Of a stretch of 64,000 nt of DNA, positions 37,504-46,195 are shown piece by piece; within the stretch, counting starts at the first letter, position 1, and each line of letters begins with the position of its first letter. The notes under the pieces are model-generated. The model saw only the letters and a program-made list of their open reading frames with translations. It ran no database searches and was not told the origin of the DNA. Both the position numbers and the translations under genes were made by a program. The DNA is from Elusimicrobiota bacterium (lineage in GTDB: Bacteria > Elusimicrobiota > Elusimicrobia > UBA1565 > UBA9628), in contig JAHFCF010000006.1 of the NCBI GenBank assembly GCA_023249645.1, forward strand, positions 56,124-120,123. The letters are read 5' to 3'.

Positions 37504-38421
37504 TTACGCGCGGTGCTTGTGCGCCGCTTTCATGGTGAACATGCGGCGGTCGGCCAGGCGCAGGAGTTCCGTTGCCGTGCCGACGTTGGCCGTCAGCGTC
37601 GCGGCGCCCCAACTGAAATGCGTCCGTTCGGTCTGTCGACGATGGGCCGCGGCTTCGATGCGCGCGGCCACATCGCGGGCGCGCTTCAAGCCCAGGCCGG
37701 GCAGGAGGATGACGAACTCGTCGCCCCCGTAGCGATAGGCCGAGTCCACCTCCTTGCGGATGCTGGCGTGCAGGAGGGAGGAGAACTCCCTGAGGATCTT
37801 GTCTCCGGCCGGATGGCCGAGACGGTCGTTGAAGGTCTTGAAGGCGTCGAGATCGATGAGGAGCAGCGAGAACTTCTGGCGCAAGCGGCGGGCGCGGCTG
37901 ACTTCCTGGGTGAGGCGCTCATGGAAATGCCTTTTGTTGTAGAGTCCGGTCAGATCGTCCGTGATGGCCAGGTCGCGCAGTCGGGTCTCGAGTTCCACGC
38001 GCCGGGTGATGTCCTTGGCGATGCCGAGAGTGCCGATGACGTGGCCGGCCCGGTCCTTGAGCAGCGAGGCGGACATGCTGACGTGGATGGCGCGGCCGTC
38101 CTTGGAGGTGAAGACCATCTCGTGGTCCTGGATGCGGCCCTCGCGCCGCAGCCGGCCCATGATGCGCAGGGCCTGCTCGCGGCCTCCCTGGTAGAGCTCG
38201 TGGACCGGCTTGCCGCAGGCCCCCAGGCTCGAGAGGCCCAGCATGGCTTCGGCTCCGGGGCTGAAATAGATGATGCGCCCGGCGGCGTTGGCGGCGACGA
38301 TGGCGTCCGTGGTCGAGGTGATGATGGCCTCGAAATACTCCTGGGCGCGCAGATAGTCGCTGGCCAGCCGGACGACTGGCCAGACCGTGGCGCCAGGTCT
38401 GAGGATGAGATCATGCGACAT
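37504..38421 (-). CDS. PAS-domain diguanylate cyclase (GGDEF)
   Basis: N-terminal PAS-like region. C-terminal DDLTGLYNKRHF...FSLLLIDLDAFKTFND...AYRYGGDEFVILL. Confidence 0.8.
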   Translation of the reverse strand: MSHDLILRPGATVWPVVRLASDYLRAQEYFEAIITSTTDAIVAANAAGRIIYFSPGAEAMLGLSSLGACGKPVHELYQGGREQALRIMGRLRREGRIQDHEMVFTSKDGRAIHVSMSASLLKDRAGHVIGTLGIAKDITRRVELETRLRDLAITDDLTGLYNKRHFHERLTQEVSRARRLRQKFSLLLIDLDAFKTFNDRLGHPAGDKILREFSSLLHASIRKEVDSAYRYGGDEFVILLPGLGLKRARDVAARIEAAAHRRQTERTHFSWGAATLTANVGTATELLRLADRRMFTMKAAHKHRA

Positions 38422-38454
38422 ACACCTACAGGTTAATGGTTTCTTTAAAATACG

Positions 38455-38500
38455 ACCAGGGACTTTAGACCTGCTCGAGGATGGGTCAAAGGGCCTAGGC
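38455..38500 (-). promoter_or_regulatory. CTAGG/AGACCT/CAAAGG motif cluster upstream of the GGDEF gene
   Basis: Sequence ctttagacctgctcgaggatgggtcaaagggcctagg. Same motif family as at 6013, 9680, 12671 and 49770. Lies between the doxX stop and the GGDEF start. Confidence 0.25.
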
Positions 38501-38962
38501 GGATTGCGGCCGTTGACGGCACCAAAGGTCCAGACTGAGGAGTCGTTCTCCCCGGCGCCAGGCCTGCAGAGTCACGATGATGAGCAGCGTGTCCAGCATG
38601 AGGGCATGGGAAGGCGTGGGATGGAACCCGAAGCCGAAGCAGCCGCAGTTGGGAAGCTCCAGGCCGCGCAGCTTGGTCGAGCCGATGGCCGCGATGAAGC
38701 CCAGGAGCATGGCGCCGGCCGCTGTCGCCGCGGGCCGCGTCAAGAATCCGAAGATCAAGGCATATCCGATGATGACTTCCAACCACGGCAGGAATGCCGC
38801 CACGAACAGGATGACTTCGGTGGAGGGGATGATCCGGTAGTATTCGATGACCAGGGCGAACTCCTCCGGCGCAGCCGCAGCCTTGAGCGTGCCGGAGGCG
38901 ACGAAAACGAGGCCGACGAGGATGCGCGCGGCAAGGCCCAGCGAGGAATCAGTTTTTTCCAT
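38495..38962 (-). CDS. DoxX/MauE-family membrane protein
   Basis: 4-TM protein with a CGCFGFG motif, as in MauE. Downstream of, and overlapping, the DsbA-like gene. Confidence 0.65.
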   Translation of the reverse strand: MEKTDSSLGLAARILVGLVFVASGTLKAAAAPEEFALVIEYYRIIPSTEVILFVAAFLPWLEVIIGYALIFGFLTRPAATAAGAMLLGFIAAIGSTKLRGLELPNCGCFGFGFHPTPSHALMLDTLLIIVTLQAWRRGERLLSLDLWCRQRPQSA

Positions 38963-39581
38963 GTCGGTTCTTGAGGAGCTTATCGATCCAGATCACGCCG
39001 CGGTCCGTGAGCTGGCGCGCGCCTGCAAAGCGTCTGCTGTTGATGAAGAAGGTGGGCGTGGACACGACCCACCGATCATCGCCTTCCTTCATGTCGCGTT
39101 CGATGGCCGCGGAGGTAGACGGGTCTTTGAGACAGGCGGCGAAGGCAGTCTGGTCGAGTTTTAGTTCGCGGGCATAGTCCTCGAGGTTTTGTCCATTGTC
39201 CTTGGTCCAGTCGGCCTGATGGCCGTAGAGCGTGTCATGAAATTCCCAGAAACGGCCCTGTCGGCCGGCGCATTCCGCGGCGATGGCCGCGGCTTTGGCC
39301 TTGGGATGCATGCGCGTGAGAGGGTAGTGCTTGAAGATCACTCTCAGGTCCTGGGCATAAAGGGATTGCAGCCCCTTCATGGGTTCGACGGCGAACCGGC
39401 AGGCCGGGCATTGGAAGTCCGAAAATTCGACGACGGTGATGGAGGCGTTGGCGGGTCCCTTCTGCCTGTAGGCCGGCGCGTCCGGAGCGTATGGCTTTAA
39501 AATCCTGCGAACGAATAAAAGTGCAACCGTAGCCCCTGAGAGTGCGAGGATCCCCACAGCACAAGTGATGCGGCGCATCAT
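38949..39581 (-). CDS. DsbA-family thiol:disulfide oxidoreductase
   Basis: Signal/TM N-terminus, then VVEFSDFQCPACRF (CPAC active site) and a thioredoxin fold. Confidence 0.7.
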   Translation of the reverse strand: MMRRITCAVGILALSGATVALLFVRRILKPYAPDAPAYRQKGPANASITVVEFSDFQCPACRFAVEPMKGLQSLYAQDLRVIFKHYPLTRMHPKAKAAAIAAECAGRQGRFWEFHDTLYGHQADWTKDNGQNLEDYARELKLDQTAFAACLKDPSTSAAIERDMKEGDDRWVVSTPTFFINSRRFAGARQLTDRGVIWIDKLLKNRHGKN

Positions 39582-39599
39582 GGGCTTACTTTAGCATTT

Positions 39600-40271
39600 C
39601 TAAAAAAACGAGAGGAATTTATCCTCGTACTCGTCGAAGAGCCCGTATTCCCGCAGCTTGCGCCCCAGGGCCTCCAGGACCGATCGGTCTTTTCTCGCCG
39701 CGGCGAAAAGTTCCTCGATCTCTCGCCGACGGCGGCCGGCTTGCCTGCCCGTCGGATCGAAGAGTCCGCGGCGCTCGAGGTCGCGGACATGCACGGGGAA
39801 AGACCGCGCCGTGTGGTCCAGGGTGAATTTCATGAGGGCCAGGCCCCAGGCCGAGTCCGGGCAGCGGATGATGGCTTCACTCTGAGCCTCGCGTTTGCCT
39901 AGGTCAGCCTGGATGCGCTCAGCCACGTCTTGAGGAGACGCCGTGATGACACGGGTCGTGAGATCTTGGTTCTTGAAGCTGTATTCCAAAGCCCTCAGGA
40001 GGTCCCGGTAGGCGGGGGTGAGGAGTTCGGCGAATTCAGAGGCCTTGCGGCCGAAGCCCTGGAAGCGTTCCTTCAGCGCGTCGGGAGTGAGTATCTTCGG
40101 CTTTTGGGAGACGACCGTTCCGCGGCGCAGGCGCGTGCGGTCCGGGAGCTTGTCGATGGGAGAGAGCAGGTGATAGGCCAGATTCGTGGCGCCGAAGGTG
40201 GCCAGGGCATGGGAGGGCGCGTGGACGACCTCGATCTGGCGCAGGAGCTTCTGGAAGGCGGCGGTGTCCAT
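39600..40271 (-). CDS. Hypothetical protein
   Basis: 223-aa ORF with GC3-rich codon use. No recognisable domain. Confidence 0.4.
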   Translation of the reverse strand: MDTAAFQKLLRQIEVVHAPSHALATFGATNLAYHLLSPIDKLPDRTRLRRGTVVSQKPKILTPDALKERFQGFGRKASEFAELLTPAYRDLLRALEYSFKNQDLTTRVITASPQDVAERIQADLGKREAQSEAIIRCPDSAWGLALMKFTLDHTARSFPVHVRDLERRGLFDPTGRQAGRRRREIEELFAAARKDRSVLEALGRKLREYGLFDEYEDKFLSFF

Positions 40272-40354
40272 TTTGGGACCTTGATTATACCAGAGAGTTT
40301 GGCAAAGCGTCTTGAAAATAACCTAGAATACGCCTCTCCGGAGGAGGAAGACCG

Positions 40355-41686
40355 ATGACCCTGCGCAGAAAAAATCTTTGTGCCGTCATTCTGGCATGCT
40401 CCCTGACCGGGTGCGCGACACCCAAGCCCGCGGTGACTGTCTTCGAACTTGTTTCCAGGGCACCGGCGCAGCTGACGGCCCGTGAGGAATGCGTGGTCAA
40501 GAGCGTGATGCCGGGTTCGCCGGCCGCCCAGGGAGGGATCAGGGCGGGGGATGCCCTCACGGGGTTGAACCGGGACACCGCGCCTGCCGGGGATTTGAAT
40601 TTCGAGGCGTTCCTCTCCAGCCGCACGGGGCCGTTCCAAGTCGAACTCACGCGTCAGGGAAAGCCGCTGCAGCTGGATATCATGCACACGGAAGATCTTC
40701 ATCCTTTCGGGGTGACCTGCGATTTTGGCGACATCGAGGCCAGCCAGGACGAGGCGTTTGTGGCCATCAAGGGCTCGCTCGAGCTTCTGGTGCGCGCGGA
40801 AGTGATCGGTCCGGCGAGCTTCATCTGGGTCCGCCTTCAGAACCGCTCCACCAAGCCGCTCAAGGTCTCTCCGGATATGTTTTCGGCCTCGTCGGCGGAT
40901 TGGACGATCTTGAACCCCATCCGCTTCTCCGACATGGTCTCCTCTCTGCAGGCGATGGAGGTCTCGGGCCGCTTCGCGGGCAAGGGGGCTGAGTCAGCGA
41001 GCTATACCTTCGGCGTGGGCGACGCCCTCAGTCAGATCCCCAACATCATCCCCATCCCGGGAGCCGGCATGGGCGCCAACTTTCTTTTGAAGAACACGGG
41101 CCTGACGGACATGGTGAATGCTCAAACATCCTCCGTGACTTCCCTGCCCTTGGGAGAGGAGAACGGGCTCGGGCCGAGGTTCCGGGGCGCCAGCAAAGGA
41201 TTGGCGGCCACCTGGATCCCATCGAGCGGCAACGTGGACAGCGACCTGGCCGTGGCGGCCAACGAGATCATCCGCAGAAAACCCTTCCGGGAGACGGTGC
41301 TGACTCCGGGCTACGCCCAGGAAGGCTATCTGTATTTCGAGCAGCCGGACAAGCTGCCCTTGCGCCTGAGCCTAGATGCCGGCGAAGAGCATCTGGCGCT
41401 CCTCTTCGACGAGAAAAAATTCACGATGACCCCGCGGGAGCTGGCAGTCTACGCCCGGGGCGTCCCCGAGTTTTCGCACAAACAGGCGGTCCTGGCCGAC
41501 GGCCAGTTCTTCGAAGGGGAGATCGGCGCCTGGGATCGCATGGCGCACGGATTCAAGACCCGGATCCGCAAGAACGGCCAGGAAGTGAAAAGCAAACTGC
41601 TTCTTAAGGACATCCGGATCCTGAAGGTCGCGGGCCGCAACACCATCTTGGTGGCGGAGCCGCCCAAACCGGCGAAGCCTCAGTAG
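40355..41686 (+). CDS. Lipoprotein with PDZ domain
   Basis: Lipobox LTGCATP. PDZ-like VVKSVMPGSPAAQGGIRAGDALTGLN. The rest is unassigned. Confidence 0.6.
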   Translation: MTLRRKNLCAVILACSLTGCATPKPAVTVFELVSRAPAQLTAREECVVKSVMPGSPAAQGGIRAGDALTGLNRDTAPAGDLNFEAFLSSRTGPFQVELTRQGKPLQLDIMHTEDLHPFGVTCDFGDIEASQDEAFVAIKGSLELLVRAEVIGPASFIWVRLQNRSTKPLKVSPDMFSASSADWTILNPIRFSDMVSSLQAMEVSGRFAGKGAESASYTFGVGDALSQIPNIIPIPGAGMGANFLLKNTGLTDMVNAQTSSVTSLPLGEENGLGPRFRGASKGLAATWIPSSGNVDSDLAVAANEIIRRKPFRETVLTPGYAQEGYLYFEQPDKLPLRLSLDAGEEHLALLFDEKKFTMTPRELAVYARGVPEFSHKQAVLADGQFFEGEIGAWDRMAHGFKTRIRKNGQEVKSKLLLKDIRILKVAGRNTILVAEPPKPAKPQ

Positions 41687-41717
41687 CGGTAGTTGTCCGG
41701 CTTGTAGGGCCCATCGG
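41680..41717. repeat. Direct repeat, left copy: 38-nt duplicate of the ahcY 3' end (TCAGTAGCGGTAGTTGTCCGGCTTGTAGGGCCCATCGG)
   Basis: Identical to 42032-42069. It supplies the TAG stop of the PDZ lipoprotein gene. Confidence 0.85.
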
Positions 41718-42031
41718 CTGGCAGCATCCAACAGAGCTTTCAATGCGGTGCTGATCGCGCCGCATTGAAAGCAGCGCGTCCCCTTTCCGATGGGACGCGC
41801 AACAACGCAAAGGTCTTTAGAAATTCGACGCGAGTGAGGAATAGCTCTCGCGTCGGGCTTTCAGCCCCATGGAAAGCCATGGGACTGAAAGCTTTGGGAC
41901 AGAATCGTGTTCGGAGGATAGTTATCCACAAACTCTTCGCGCGAAGAGTCAGCGGAGGAACTTGGTACGCACCGAGTTGGTGGCAGTCACTCGCGCTTAA
42001 CTCGCCGCGCGGCGAGTCGGTGGATAAGTCT
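41718..42031. other. 314-bp hairpin-dense insert between the duplicated ahcY 3' ends; candidate structured ncRNA or miniature mobile-element remnant
   Basis: At least six consecutive non-identical stem-loops: gctttcaatgcgg/ccgcattgaaagc, gcgcgtccc/gggacgcgc, cgacgcgag/ctcgcgtcg, gctttcag..ccccatgg aaag ccatggg..ctgaaagc, ctcttcg/cgaagag, ctcgccg/cggcgag. No ORF. No tmRNA, RNase P or SRP signature. Confidence 0.4.
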
Positions 42032-42069
42032 TCAGTAGCGGTAGTTGTCCGGCTTGTAGGGCCCATCGG
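42032..42069. repeat. Direct repeat, right copy: the authentic 3' end of ahcY
   Basis: Identical 38 nt to 41680-41717. Encodes the conserved SAHH C-terminus ...[11 protein letters not shown]. Confidence 0.85.
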
Positions 42070-43354
42070 TCGGAATGCCTAGGTATTCCGACTGCTCTCG
42101 AGTCAGGCGCGTGAGCTGGGCGCCGAGCTTTCCCAGATGCAGGCGAGCCACCTTCTCATCCAGGAGCTTGGGCAGGGTGTAGACCTGGTTCTTGTATTTG
42201 CCCTTGCCGCGGTTGGTCCACAGCTCGATTTGAGCCATGGTCTGGTTGGTGAAGGAGGCGCTCATGACGAAGCTGGGGTGGCCCGAGGCGCAGCCGAGGT
42301 TGACCAGGCGCCCCTCGGCCAGCAGGGTCAGTCTCTTGCCGTTGGGCCAGACGAACTGGTCCACCTGCGGCTTGATGTTGACCCTCTGCAGCTTCGAATC
42401 GCTGGTCAGAGAGGCCACGTCGATCTCCAAGTCGAAATGACCGATGTTGCAGACGATGGCCTGGTCCTTCATGGCGTCCAAGTGCTTGCGGGTGATGATG
42501 TCCCGGCAGCCCGTGGCCGTGATGAAGATGTCGCCCAGGGCGGCGGCCTCGTCCATGAGCACGACCTGGTAGCCTTCCATGCAGGCCTGAAGAGCGTTGA
42601 TAGGGTCGATCTCGGTCACGAGCACGCGTGCCCCCATGCCGCGCAAAGACTGGCAGCAGCCCTTGCCCACGTCGCCGTAGCCGGCCACGACACAGGTCTT
42701 GCCCGCGATCATGACGTCGGTGGCGCGCTTGATGCCGTCCAAAAGCGATTCCCGGCAGCCGTAGAGGTTGTCGAACTTCGACTTGGTGGTCGAATCATTC
42801 ACGTTGATGGCCGGGCACTTCAAGGTGCCGGCGGCCTGGCGCTGATAGAGCCGGTGCACGCCCGTGGTCGTCTCCTCGGAGAGGCCGATGATGTCCTTGA
42901 AGAGCTCGGGCTTCTGGTCATGGATCATGTTGGTCAGATCCCCGCCGTCGTCCAAAAGCAGCGTGGGGCCCAGGCCCTTGGGCCAAACGAGGGTCTGCTC
43001 GATGCACCAGTCGTATTCCTTTAAAGTCTCGCCCTTCCAGGCGAAGACAGGGACTCCGGCCTTGGCCACGGCGGCCGCCGCGTGGTCCTGGGTCGAGAAG
43101 ATGTTGCAGGAGCTCCAGCGCACGGAGGCTCCGAGCTCGACGAGGGTCTCGATCAAGACCGCGGTCTCGATGGTCATGTGCAGGCAGCCGGCGATGCGGG
43201 CGCCTTCCAGCGGCTTTTTGCCGCGGTATTCCTCGCGCAGGGCGCTTAAGCCCGGCATCTCGTATTGCGCGATGGTGATCTCTTTGCGGCCCCAATCGGC
43301 GAGACTGATGTCTTTGACTTTATAATCCATGGTGGAGGTGGTCATGTGCCTCAT
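42032..43354 (-). CDS. ahcY: Adenosylhomocysteinase (S-adenosyl-L-homocysteine hydrolase)
   Basis: NAD-binding motif ([15 protein letters not shown]). Conserved C-terminal KPDNYRY. 440 aa. Confidence 0.95.
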   Translation of the reverse strand: MRHMTTSTMDYKVKDISLADWGRKEITIAQYEMPGLSALREEYRGKKPLEGARIAGCLHMTIETAVLIETLVELGASVRWSSCNIFSTQDHAAAAVAKAGVPVFAWKGETLKEYDWCIEQTLVWPKGLGPTLLLDDGGDLTNMIHDQKPELFKDIIGLSEETTTGVHRLYQRQAAGTLKCPAINVNDSTTKSKFDNLYGCRESLLDGIKRATDVMIAGKTCVVAGYGDVGKGCCQSLRGMGARVLVTEIDPINALQACMEGYQVVLMDEAAALGDIFITATGCRDIITRKHLDAMKDQAIVCNIGHFDLEIDVASLTSDSKLQRVNIKPQVDQFVWPNGKRLTLLAEGRLVNLGCASGHPSFVMSASFTNQTMAQIELWTNRGKGKYKNQVYTLPKLLDEKVARLHLGKLGAQLTRLTREQSEYLGIPTDGPYKPDNYRY

Positions 43355-43383
43355 TATACTTTAATTTGTTATCATCATCGACG

Positions 43384-44415
43384 ATGCTCAGCCAAGAATT
43401 CCTAGGCAATCCCCTGGGTTCCTATCTGCTCTCCCTGGCCGCTTTCCTGGCCGTGCTCGGGGCCTGCGTTTTCGCGCGCCGGGACATGGTCGCGCGTTTG
43501 AGGAGCCTGGCCCAAGCCGCGGCCACGGACTTGGACGAACTCGTCGGCGACATCCTGGGGAAGATCCGCCTGCCGGAACTTCTTCTTCTCGCCTTCTGGG
43601 CGGCGACCAGGCATCTGCACCTGCCTGCCATCGTCAATCGCCTGCTTCACGCGCTTCTGCTGATGGTGTTGACCTACCGGTTCGTGACCATGCTCCAAGT
43701 GGCGGCGAACTACTCTCTGCGCCGTATGCTGGTCGCTGAGGAGGGGGTGGCGCGCAGCTTCTCGTATCTCGTCAGCGGGCTCCTGTGGTTCTTGGCAGCC
43801 CTCTTCGTCCTGAGCAACCTGGGCTTCAATGTCAGTTCCATGCTCGCGGGATTGGGCATCGGCGGCGTAGCCGTGGCCCTGGCGGCCCAGGCCATCCTGG
43901 GAGACCTTTTCAGCGCGTTCGCCATCTATCTCGACCGGCCGTTCGTGGTCGGCGACTTCATCGTCGTGGACACGCTGATGGGCACGGTGGAACACATCGG
44001 CATCAAGACGACGCGCGTTCGGGCTCTCTCGGGAGAGATGCTCATCATCGCCAATTCCAAGCTGACCTCCTCGCAGATTCAGAATTTCCGCCACCTCCAT
44101 GAGCGCCGCATCGCGCTCTCCATCGGCGTTCCTTATGAACTGACCGAGGCCAAGGTGAAAAAGGTCCCGGAGATCCTGCGCCACGCGGTGACCTCGACGG
44201 CCAAGGCGCGCTTCGACCGGGCGCACCTCAAAGCCTTCAGTGAGACTTGTTTTTCCTTCGAGCTGATCTACTATGTCGTGGATTCGAGCTATGCCGTGTA
44301 CATGGACGTCAATGAAGCCATCCACCTCGCCATACTCGAGGCTTTCCGCCGCGAAGGCATCGATTTCGCTCTGCCCACGCGCACGCTGCATCATCGCACG
44401 CCTCCACCCTCGTGA
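43384..44415 (+). CDS. Small-conductance mechanosensitive channel (MscS family)
   Basis: N-terminal TM helices, then the MscS beta-domain. Start is ATG 43384 (MLSQEFLGN) or the upstream TTG 43366. Confidence 0.75.
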   Translation: MLSQEFLGNPLGSYLLSLAAFLAVLGACVFARRDMVARLRSLAQAAATDLDELVGDILGKIRLPELLLLAFWAATRHLHLPAIVNRLLHALLLMVLTYRFVTMLQVAANYSLRRMLVAEEGVARSFSYLVSGLLWFLAALFVLSNLGFNVSSMLAGLGIGGVAVALAAQAILGDLFSAFAIYLDRPFVVGDFIVVDTLMGTVEHIGIKTTRVRALSGEMLIIANSKLTSSQIQNFRHLHERRIALSIGVPYELTEAKVKKVPEILRHAVTSTAKARFDRAHLKAFSETCFSFELIYYVVDSSYAVYMDVNEAIHLAILEAFRREGIDFALPTRTLHHRTPPPS

Positions 44416-45017
44416 GTCGGCTCTCAGCAGGCTTTCTTCTGGTCGCGCTTCTCGGCGGCTGCCGTCATGCTGAGCCTCTGGTCGATTTTTCCAAACTGCA
44501 TCCGGCGGCGGTCTTGGACATCCGCTACGCCACGTCGAATAATTTCACGCATCAGCAGGTCTATCCCGTGGCGCGCTGCCTGCTTCGGCGTTCAGCCGCT
44601 GGCCGCCTGGCAGAGGCGGTAGCGGAATTCGAGTCCAGGGGCCTGCGGCTCAAGGTCTTCGACTGCTATCGGCCTTTGTCAGTCCAGAAGAAATTCTGGG
44701 CGCTCGTGCCTGATGAGCGCTATGTGGCCGATCCGGCCAAGGGTTCGCGCCATAATCGCGGCGCGGCCGTGGATGTTACCTTGACGGACGCGAGCGGACA
44801 CGAATTGGAGATGCCCACGGGCTATGATGATTTCACGGAGCATGCCCATCGCGATTGGGCTGGGGCTTCGGCTGCGGCGGCCAAGGATCGCGCACTTTTA
44901 GAGCAGGTCATGGCCCGGCACGGTTTTGTCGGGCTTGCCACAGAATGGTGGCACTTCGATGCGGCGGGCTGGGAGAGATATCCGGTCGAGGATGTCCCTT
45001 TCGACTCTGTTCCCTAG
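44412..45017 (+). CDS. D-alanyl-D-alanine dipeptidase (VanX/DdpX-like, M15 family) lipoprotein
   Basis: Sequence LDIRYATSNNFT...FDCYRP...SRHNRGAAVDVTL...EWWHFD matches VanX-family motifs. Lipobox LLGGC. Confidence 0.75.
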   Translation: MSRLSAGFLLVALLGGCRHAEPLVDFSKLHPAAVLDIRYATSNNFTHQQVYPVARCLLRRSAAGRLAEAVAEFESRGLRLKVFDCYRPLSVQKKFWALVPDERYVADPAKGSRHNRGAAVDVTLTDASGHELEMPTGYDDFTEHAHRDWAGASAAAAKDRALLEQVMARHGFVGLATEWWHFDAAGWERYPVEDVPFDSVP

Positions 45018-45538
45018 AAGCGTTTCAAGTCCGCGATGAAGGGGTGTTCGTTGATGACCAGGTTGAGGGAGAGGCCGCCGGCTTCGCCGTAGACCTCGGT
45101 CTTCTCCTCCACGCAGGCCAGCCAGTCCTTGAACAGCCCGCCGGGCCAGGCCATGATCTCGACGCGTTGGGGCCGGTCGAGCTGAGCCTCGACATCTTCC
45201 CGCAGCCTTTGGGCGTCGCGCTCGAGCTCCTTGATCACGACGATGCGTCCCTGGGGCAGTCGCCGGGTGAGTTTGGTGAGCTTGTTCATGGTCGTGGAGC
45301 CGCATTCGACCCACAGCTTGATGGTTCCGCTCTCATCGAGGCACATCAAGTCCGGCAGAAAATCGAAGTCAGCCAGGGCGGGGTTCTTGGCCCCGACGCC
45401 CATGATCGGGTCCTCGGACCAGAAGAGGAGATAGGCCGCGAGCTTGAGCGCCAGATGCGAGGCGGGTTCGTTGGGGCCGGCCACGAGGATGAGCTTGCGC
45501 GCGGCGTTATGGACGTGCAGGTCGCAGCGGATTTTCAC
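45014..45538 (-). CDS. YaeQ family protein (putative)
   Basis: Sequences LVAGPNEPASHLALKLAAYLLFW and IKLWVECG align with E. coli YaeQ [22 protein letters not shown] and IDLWIELG. Confidence 0.55.
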   Translation of the reverse strand: MKIRCDLHVHNAARKLILVAGPNEPASHLALKLAAYLLFWSEDPIMGVGAKNPALADFDFLPDLMCLDESGTIKLWVECGSTTMNKLTKLTRRLPQGRIVVIKELERDAQRLREDVEAQLDRPQRVEIMAWPGGLFKDWLACVEEKTEVYGEAGGLSLNLVINEHPFIADLKRF

Positions 45539-45565
45539 GGAGCGATATTATAGTATAGTCGGGCG

Positions 45566-46126
45566 ATGACGACCGGGGCGCAAGCGTATCTTTTGGCTGC
45601 CGGCATGGGCCGGCGCGCCGGCGGGCCCAAGGCGTGGCGCACTTTTGATGGCCAGCCGCTTTTGGCTCGTCAGATCGAGTTTTTGCGTGGGATATTCCCT
45701 GCGGAGCGCATCGCGGTCTCCATCCAGCCAGGGTGGGAGGAGCGCTGCCGGCTTTTGGATCCAGGAATTTGTTGGACAGCCGTGGATCCCCAGGCTCCGG
45801 CGCTGGCTTCTGTCCTGGCCTTGGCACGAACCTTGCCTTTGGATCGTTGGACCTTCCTTTATCATGTGGACATGCGGGTCTGGGAACCGGAGCTTTGGCG
45901 GTTTTTAGCTGACCGTGTTGTGGAGGCGGACAAGGACGGCTTCGAGGCCTTGGCGCCCTGTTTTCAGGGCGCCAAAGGCCATCCGATCTTGCTTTCTCCG
46001 AGGATCAAGGACGCTCTTTCGGTCTTGGATCCGGCCAAGGACCGATTGGACCATTGGCTCAGCTCCCGCAGGGTCTCCGTCGTGGAGGTCCCGTTTGCCT
46101 GCATCCGCGACAATTGGAATGAATAA
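45566..46126 (+). CDS. MobA-like nucleotidyltransferase, probably molybdenum cofactor cytidylyltransferase (MocA-like)
   Basis: Sequence YLLAAGMGRRAGGPKAW matches the N-terminal NTP-transferase motif. Adjacent to an XDH-family molybdoenzyme operon. Confidence 0.6.
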   Translation: MTTGAQAYLLAAGMGRRAGGPKAWRTFDGQPLLARQIEFLRGIFPAERIAVSIQPGWEERCRLLDPGICWTAVDPQAPALASVLALARTLPLDRWTFLYHVDMRVWEPELWRFLADRVVEADKDGFEALAPCFQGAKGHPILLSPRIKDALSVLDPAKDRLDHWLSSRRVSVVEVPFACIRDNWNE

Positions 46127-46195
46127 ATTCGCCGCAGGTCTCCTTTAAATTAGTGTTGCACTTCGAGGTTGAACTCGCACTCGGGAACTTTTGCT

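Noticed and set aside
41718-42031. Structured insert as tmRNA, RNase P RNA or SRP RNA
   Set aside because: No tRNA-like acceptor/T-arm end, no tag-peptide reading frame, no AGGAAAGUCCGGGC or SRP domain IV motifs found by eye.
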